Assembly: GCF_004010195.1 (NCBI RefSeq)
Contig: NW_025215313.1
Location: 49,618 to 91,000, forward strand
Length of the DNA: 41,383 bases
Origin: Chiloscyllium plagiosum
Lineage: Eukaryota
Reading direction: 5' to 3'
In this document: in pieces, positions 35,490 through 41,383 of the stretch
Layout: every line of letters starts with the position of its first letter
Position numbering within the stretch: the first letter of the stretch is position 1
Program-made: the position numbers and the translations under genes
The notes under the pieces: generated by a model
Database searches by the model: none
Seen by the model: only the letters and a program-made list of their open reading frames with translations
What the model was told of the DNA's origin: nothing

Positions 35490-35754
35490 CTGTTGCAAAC
35501 ACAACACAAAGAACACATCAATAAAGGTCATCACAATTAATATGAACTCTGCATACTGTTGCTGGTATAACCTGTGGAAAGGGCACACAGTAAACCACTC
35601 GAAACATTCCCAAGTGACATCAATAATCACGTCCCATTTGACCGCCTAACCTCGATCTTTATTTTCTCCCTTTGGAGATACACCCACAATGTCCCTTTTT
35701 TTTGGGGGGTGGGGGGGGGGGGTGGGGGGGGGGGGGGGAGTAGTGGGAGAGAGA

Positions 35755-36269
35755 NNNNNNNNNNNNNNNNNNNNNNNNNNNNNNNNNNNNNNNNNNNNNN
35801 NNNNNNNNNNNNNNNNNNNNNNNNNNNNNNNNNNNNNNNNNNNNNNNNNNNNNNNNNNNNNNNNNNNNNNNNNNNNNNNNNNNNNNNNNNNNNNNNNNNN
35901 NNNNNNNNNNNNNNNNNNNNNNNNNNNNNNNNNNNNNNNNNNNNNNNNNNNNNNNNNNNNNNNNNNNNNNNNNNNNNNNNNNNNNNNNNNNNNNNNNNNN
36001 NNNNNNNNNNNNNNNNNNNNNNNNNNNNNNNNNNNNNNNNNNNNNNNNNNNNNNNNNNNNNNNNNNNNNNNNNNNNNNNNNNNNNNNNNNNNNNNNNNNN
36101 NNNNNNNNNNNNNNNNNNNNNNNNNNNNNNNNNNNNNNNNNNNNNNNNNNNNNNNNNNNNNNNNNNNNNNNNNNNNNNNNNNNNNNNNNNNNNNNNNNNN
36201 NNNNNNNNNNNNNNNNNNNNNNNNNNNNNNNNNNNNNNNNNNNNNNNNNNNNNNNNNNNNNNNNNNNNN
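35755..36269. other. Assembly gap (N run), preceded by a G-rich tract at 35704-35740
   Basis: 515 consecutive N. Confidence 1.
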
Positions 36270-36506
36270 TACAGTCACACTCTGATGTCCCTGATCACTA
36301 ACTGAATGTGAATTACTTAATCTCCAAGGTGTGACTGCCTCCTGAAACAAAGCATCCAGGTAACTCTCCCCCTCCCGGATGTGCCGCAGTGTTTGAAGCT
36401 CAGATTCCAGATCATCAATTCTGATCCGGAGTTCTTCCAGCAACCAACACTTGCTGCAGATGTGGTCACTGCCGTTCACAATGGGATCAGCCAGCTCCCA
36501 CATCAT
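36270..36506 (-). mobile_element. CR1 LINE ORF1 N-terminal fragment
   Basis: MMWELADPIVNGSDHICSKCWLLEELRIRIDDLESELQTLRHIREGESYLDALFQEAVTP: CxxC followed by a leucine-zipper-like heptad pattern, typical of CR1 ORF1p. Confidence 0.75.
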
Positions 36507-36634
36507 TAGAGATATTGGAAGTCATAAGATGTCCTTCCTTTTTGCTGCATTCCCAGTCTGTCTCAAGTTTAAATCTGCCTGCACATATGATATCTTGCCG
36601 CTTATCTTTCCATTTAACTCCATGCTCCCTGTAT

Positions 36635-37280
36635 TTGGTATGCTTTCCTTTATTGGTCAGAGTATTGAGTACAGAAGTTGGGAGGTCATGTTGCGACTGT
36701 ACAGGACATTGGTTAGGCCACTTTTGGAATATTGCGTGCAATTCTGGTCTCCTTTCTATCAGAAGGATGTTATGAAACTTGAAAGGGTTCAGAAACGATT
36801 TACATGGATGTTGCCAGGATTGGAGGATTTGAGCTATAGGGAGAGGCTGAACAGGCTGGGGCAGTTTTCCCTGGAGTATTGGACGCTGAGGTGTGACCTT
36901 ATATGGTTTATTAAAGGTATGGTTTATAAAATCATGAGGGGCATGGATAGAGTAAATAGACACGGTCTCTTCCCTGTGGTGGGGGGAGTCCAGAACTAGA
37001 GGGCATAGGTTTAGGGTGAGAGGGGAAAGATATAAAAGAGACCTAAGGGGCAACTTTTTCGTGCAGAGGGTGGTACACGCATGGAATGAGCTGCCAGAGC
37101 AAGTGGTGGAGGCTAGTATAATTGCAACATTTAAAAAGCATCTGGATGCGTATATGAATAGGAAGGGTTTGGAGTGGGTGGGTGCTGGCAGATGGGACGA
37201 GATTAGGTTGGGATATCTAGTCGGCATGGACGGGTTGGACCGAAGGGCCTATTTCTGTGCTGTACATCTCTATGACTCTA
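36635..37280 (+). mobile_element. CR1 (HER1-like) LINE 3' end
   Basis: FGMLSFIGQSIEYRSWEVMLRLYRTLVRPLLEYCVQFWSP, NFFVQRVVHAWNELPE, tail CTCTATGACTCTA. Confidence 0.93.
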
Positions 37281-38549
37281 ATTCCCAATATTTAGTATTT
37301 CCACTAAAATTGTAAATCTGTTTGCCTTTTCACAGTTCTATTGGTTATGGTAAACAAAGGACATGTTTTCGCCGTGTTCATTATTTCACCAAAACTTGGT
37401 TTTCAGGTGAGATAATTCCCTAATGTGAGAAACCTTGAATCCAACCTATGTTGGTTTATTAACCATCAGTTATAAACATTAATCATTAAAACTTTTGTGC
37501 TCCATAGCACAAAGATGCCAGAACAATTCCAAATTTAAATATTGAAAGAGCACTACAGAATTATATTCAAAACTATGAAATTCACTCCAACTAATCGGCT
37601 TTATTTTATGTTAAGTGAGGTATGTCAGATTCTGTCAGTTTCAACAACATGATACAGTGAGGAACCTACTGGAGCACTGTCATAATGAGTCACGTCAAGG
37701 CTGACTGCAAATAATATGATCCCACTGTGTCTGAGGTCTGTTTTAAATTTATGTCACTTTAGTTTCTCATTGTGTTAAACAGAGCAGATTGGATCCAGAC
37801 ATGGAGTAATAGTCTTTGTCAAAGCCCCTTTTTGAACAAAAAGAGGCCATAATGTATGACATATGTTATGGATTTTTCCATTTTATCTTTGAGGAATGTT
37901 GTTTTATTTTAGAAATGTGACTGCAAACAAGGAACAGTGTAAGAGAAAATTTTGAAAGCTGATAATTTTAAACCATATAATGATTCACTTCTGCAGCTGC
38001 AGCTGTAATTTTAACTAAAGTGACAATACATTTAGTACACCTCGTTTCTCTCCACTCTTTCAGGAGGTTTAGGAGGATGGGGTTGCATTTAATCAGTTGG
38101 ATGGTGCCAGATATTGGTCCCATCACTTTCCACTCTTTAGCCTGTGTAAGTCTGAGTGGGAAGACTAATGGATGGATTTACCACCACACTTTTAACTGAG
38201 GCATTTAATTGAACAACCAATGCATACTTGGAGACTTCATCCTGCTGACACTGATGTTAAACCGAGAAAGGTTGGGACTGTCATCATGTGGAAACCTAAA
38301 AACACATTTTTCATGTTTGCTTGTAGGCCCCAAGGCTGAGTCTGTGATTGTCAGGACCAAGCACTGGGAGGAGAGAACAATGGGGGTACAAACTCTCCAT
38401 AACCATCATCATGCTGCTGGCGCCATCCCCAACCTGCAGCCACCATTCTGCCCTTACTTAGTTATGGCCTGAGTCCTTCACTGATCCTGACTGGTGATGG
38501 CAACCATCACCATTCCTCAGATAGTGCTGGTTGGATTAAAGACAAGTTG

Positions 38550-38785
38550 TAGAGTTATACAGCACAGAAACAGGTCCTTCAATCCACCAGTCCATGCCGA
38601 ACATAATCCCAACCTAAACCAGTCCCACCTGCCCTCTCCTAATTCATATCCCTCCAACCCTTTCCTATTCATGTACTTATCTAAATGTCTTTTGAACATT
38701 GTAATTATATCCACATTCACCACTTCCTCAGGAAATTCATTCCACGCGCAAACCACTCATTGTGTAAAATATTTGCCCTTCATGA
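38550..38785 (-). mobile_element. CR1 LINE 3' tail fragment
   Basis: VCAWNEFPEEVV...FKRHLDKYMNRKG; reverse-complement similar to 37060-37280. Confidence 0.85.
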
Positions 38786-39149
38786 ATTTCCGACTTCTCA
38801 AATCCTGGGAAAGGTTCACCATTAGAGAGCTAGGTTCCTGATTCCCAAGGGAGGTGTTTGGGGCACTCAATAGCATTTCAGATGGACCTCAGCACCTGGA
38901 ATAACTTCAGTCCCATTGACTTCACTTGTTTGTGAGGGGGGCACGTACACATAAGGCATTGCGTACGTCTCCCATCTGAAACATCTCACTGGAGCAGGAA
39001 CATTGGCAGACGCAGACCTAACTGTAAAATGGCTTTCTGTTTTCATAAAGCAGGTTTATTTTTGTCTCCCTGAATCTTCAAGTTAAAGGAGTGAAGACAG
39101 AAAGTCAACAGAATTAGAATTAAAAGGAGAGAAATATGTGAAAGGTTCT

Positions 39150-40005
39150 CCTATACAGTTCCATACCATTCACAACTCCACAGATACCAAACCAATGTCC
39201 AAATGCAACAAGACCTGGTCAGTATTCAGGTATAGCCTGACAAATGACAAATAACATTTGTGCCACACAAGGGCAAGGCAATAACCGAATCCAACAAGAA
39301 GAATCTAACCATCCCCCGTGACATTCAATGACATTAATGTCACTGAATCCCCCACCATTAACATTCTGGGGATTAGCATTGATCAGAAACAAAAATGGAC
39401 TGGTTGTATAAATACAGTGGGTCCAAGCGCAGGTCAGAGGCTGGAAATACTGTGATGAATAACTCACCTCCTTGCTCCCCAAGGCCTATCCAACATCTGC
39501 AAGGCCCAAGTCTGGAATCTGTTGGAATATTCTCCCACATGTCTGGATGGGTGCAGTTGCAACAACACTCAAGAAGCTTGACAGCATCCCAGGACAAAGC
39601 AGCTCATTTAATTGACAGCACATCCATGAACATTCAATCTCTCGCCCAATGATGACTAGTGGCAGCAGTGTGTACCATCTACAAGTTATACTGCAGAATT
39701 TCACCAATATTCCTGAGACAGCACCTTCTCAATCCCACAACTGCTTGCATCTAGAAAGACATTGGTACAGATACATGGGAACACCAACACCTCCGAGCCA
39801 CTCAACATCCTGACCTTGAAATGTGTCATTGTTCCTTCAGTGTCATTGGATAAATATTCTGAAACTCCCTCCCTAATGGAATTATGGGTCTACTTATAGC
39901 ACATTCACTGCAGCAGTTCAAGAAGGCAGCTTATCATCATTTCTCAAGAGTAACTAAGGATAGGCTATAAATGGTGGTCCAGTCGGCATCACCCTGAATG
40001 AATAG
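39150..40005 (+). mobile_element. Second-family CR1/L2-superfamily LINE, 3' part
   Basis: ATGCAACAAGACCTGGTCAGTATTCAGG (MQQDL.SIQ), ACATTTGTGCCACACAAG, AACATTCTGGGGATTAGCATTGATCAGAAA (NILGISIDQK), CTACAAG; ends TGAATGAATAGAAAAAA. Confidence 0.8.
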
Positions 40006-40069
40006 AAAAAAAATATAAAATTTCCCTTTTACAAAATAGTTCTCTTAAGATTTGGTGGCTTTGCTCTTG

Positions 40070-40538
40070 GAAGGATGTTGTCAAAGTTGAAAAGGCTGAA
40101 AAAAGATTTACAAGGATGTTGCCAAGGTTGAAGGGTTTGAGCTATAGGGAGAGGCTATTTCCCTGGAGTTTCGGAAGCTGAGGGAGTGACCTTATAGAGG
40201 TGTATAAAATCACGAGGGACATGGATAGGGGAAATAGAAAAAGTCTTTCCCCAGGATAGGGGAATCCAAAACTAGAGGGCATAGGTTTAAGTTAAAAGGG
40301 TATGATTTAACAGGGCCCTGCGAGGCAAATGGAATGAGCTGCCAGAGGAAGTGATGGAGGCTGGTACAATTAAAAGGCAATTTAAAGGCATCTGGTTTGG
40401 TATATGAACAGGAAGGGTTTAAAGGGATATGGGCCAAATACTGGCAAATGGGACTAGATTAAGTTCAGGTATCTGGTTGGCATGGACGAGTTAGACCAAA
40501 GGGTCTGTCTCCTTTCTGTACAGCTTTATGAGTCTATG
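40070..40538 (+). mobile_element. CR1 (HER1-like) LINE 3' end
   Basis: Colinear with 36760-37280 (GATTTACAAGGATGTTGCC, GACCTTATAGAGGTGTATAAAATC, AACTAGAGGGCATAGGTTTAA, tail TATGAGTCTATG). Confidence 0.9.
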
Positions 40539-40788
40539 TCATGCATTGGAGTAACAGCGTGTGTTTGATGGTGAGGTGCAGATTGAGTCACCAAAGCATC
40601 AATGCTGTTGTGGGGGTGGGCAATTCTGAACAAGTTAGACATTTCTCTAAACATCAAGCAGGAGGAGGTTTCAGAGTGTGGAGTTGTCTCTGGGCTACTA
40701 TCATGCTCCTTTTCACCTTCTCAGAGCAGCTTCAAGAGTGAGTTGAGAAAGGTTTGTTATTGTCATTTCTACCCTGAATGATAAGTGT

Positions 40789-41238
40789 AAGAAAGAAAGA
40801 ACTTGCATTTACATAGCACCATTCATCACCTCAGGATGGATTGAAGTGCTTTACAACATGTGTGAATAGATTCAACATGAAATTACTATCGTAATGTAGG
40901 AAACGTAGTAGTCTTTTTCTTAATTGCACTGCAAGATCCCCCAAAAAAGTGCAGCGTGGTGATGACCAGATCATTTATTTCAATGATGCTCATTGAGGAA
41001 TAAATATTGGCTGGGGTATTCAGAAAAAACTTAATTTTCTTCAAAATTGTGCATGTGATCGTTTATATTCATCTTAGGCAGTAGATAAGATCAATATATT
41101 CAACATCTGATCCAAATGCCAACACATCTGACAGTGCAGCATTCTCACAATACTGTGATGTCAGCCCGGATTTCCCATTCATGTCTCTGGATTGGGACAA
41201 ACCTCTGACTCAGAGATAATAGTGTTGAGACACAGTCA
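40789..41238 (-). mobile_element. Deu-domain SINE (SacSINE1/AmnSINE1-like)
   Basis: Reverse strand contains GCCAATATTTATTCCTCAA, GATCTGGTCATCAC, TTTCCTACATTAC, GTAAAGCACTT, CCTGAGGTGATGAATGGTGCTATGTAAATGCAAGTTCTTTCTTTC, matching the DeuSINE core and L2-type tail as I recall them. Confidence 0.75.
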
Positions 41239-41383
41239 ATGGAAATGCCATCAGACTGACTTCAGATAAGTTCACTGGGGTACAGATGGACCTCCTAGTT
41301 GTACTCTATCATCAATCACGTTGAAGGTGATTATGTTGTTTTGTGAAGAAGGAATGCTGAATGGTGCCTCTATCCAATGCCAA

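Noticed and set aside
35574..36305. Gly-rich ORFs spanning the second N run
   Set aside because: Produced by a G homopolymer and N translation.
36902..36927. TATGGTTTAT direct repeat inside a CR1
   Set aside because: Small local duplication in a dead element; no sign of function.
29148..41383. HUNK exon 6 (expected LLEPDP..KRP-like peptide)
   Set aside because: No matching peptide with splice sites found by eye; probably beyond the window or inside the gap. Not evidence of truncation, since intron 1 alone is about 10 kb.

Overview
Eukaryotic, repeat-rich vertebrate DNA. The SINE/LINE repertoire (HE1-like V-SINEs, Deu-domain SINEs, CR1/HER1-like LINEs, Penelope-like elements) points to a shark or other elasmobranch; this is an inference. 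The window holds the GC/CpG-rich promoter region and coding exons 1-5 of a HUNK (AMPK-related Ser/Thr kinase) gene on the + strand: 7921-8145, 18232-18524, 26645-26700, 27578-27713 and 29020-29147. These splice with GT-AG ends into one open kinase-domain frame. I did not find exon 6 in the window. The rest is mostly decayed CR1-type LINEs, SINEs and Penelope-derived pieces, plus two assembly gaps (23182-24016, 35755-36269). Most notable: (1) a single intact, spliceable NDR-kinase (STK38L-like) exon lying antisense inside HUNK intron 5 beside a gap, which could be a real captured or nested exon or a misassembly; (2) about eight short Penelope pLTR-like units carrying minimal hammerhead-ribozyme cores, including a ~200-bp palindromic pair inserted into a CR1 with a 10-bp target-site duplication; (3) an old fold-back inverted duplication in intron 2; (4) an ~85-bp sequence present on both sides of exon 2. 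No prokaryotic system, CRISPR array or rRNA was seen. Repeat family names come from recalled motifs, not a database search, and repeat boundaries are approximate.
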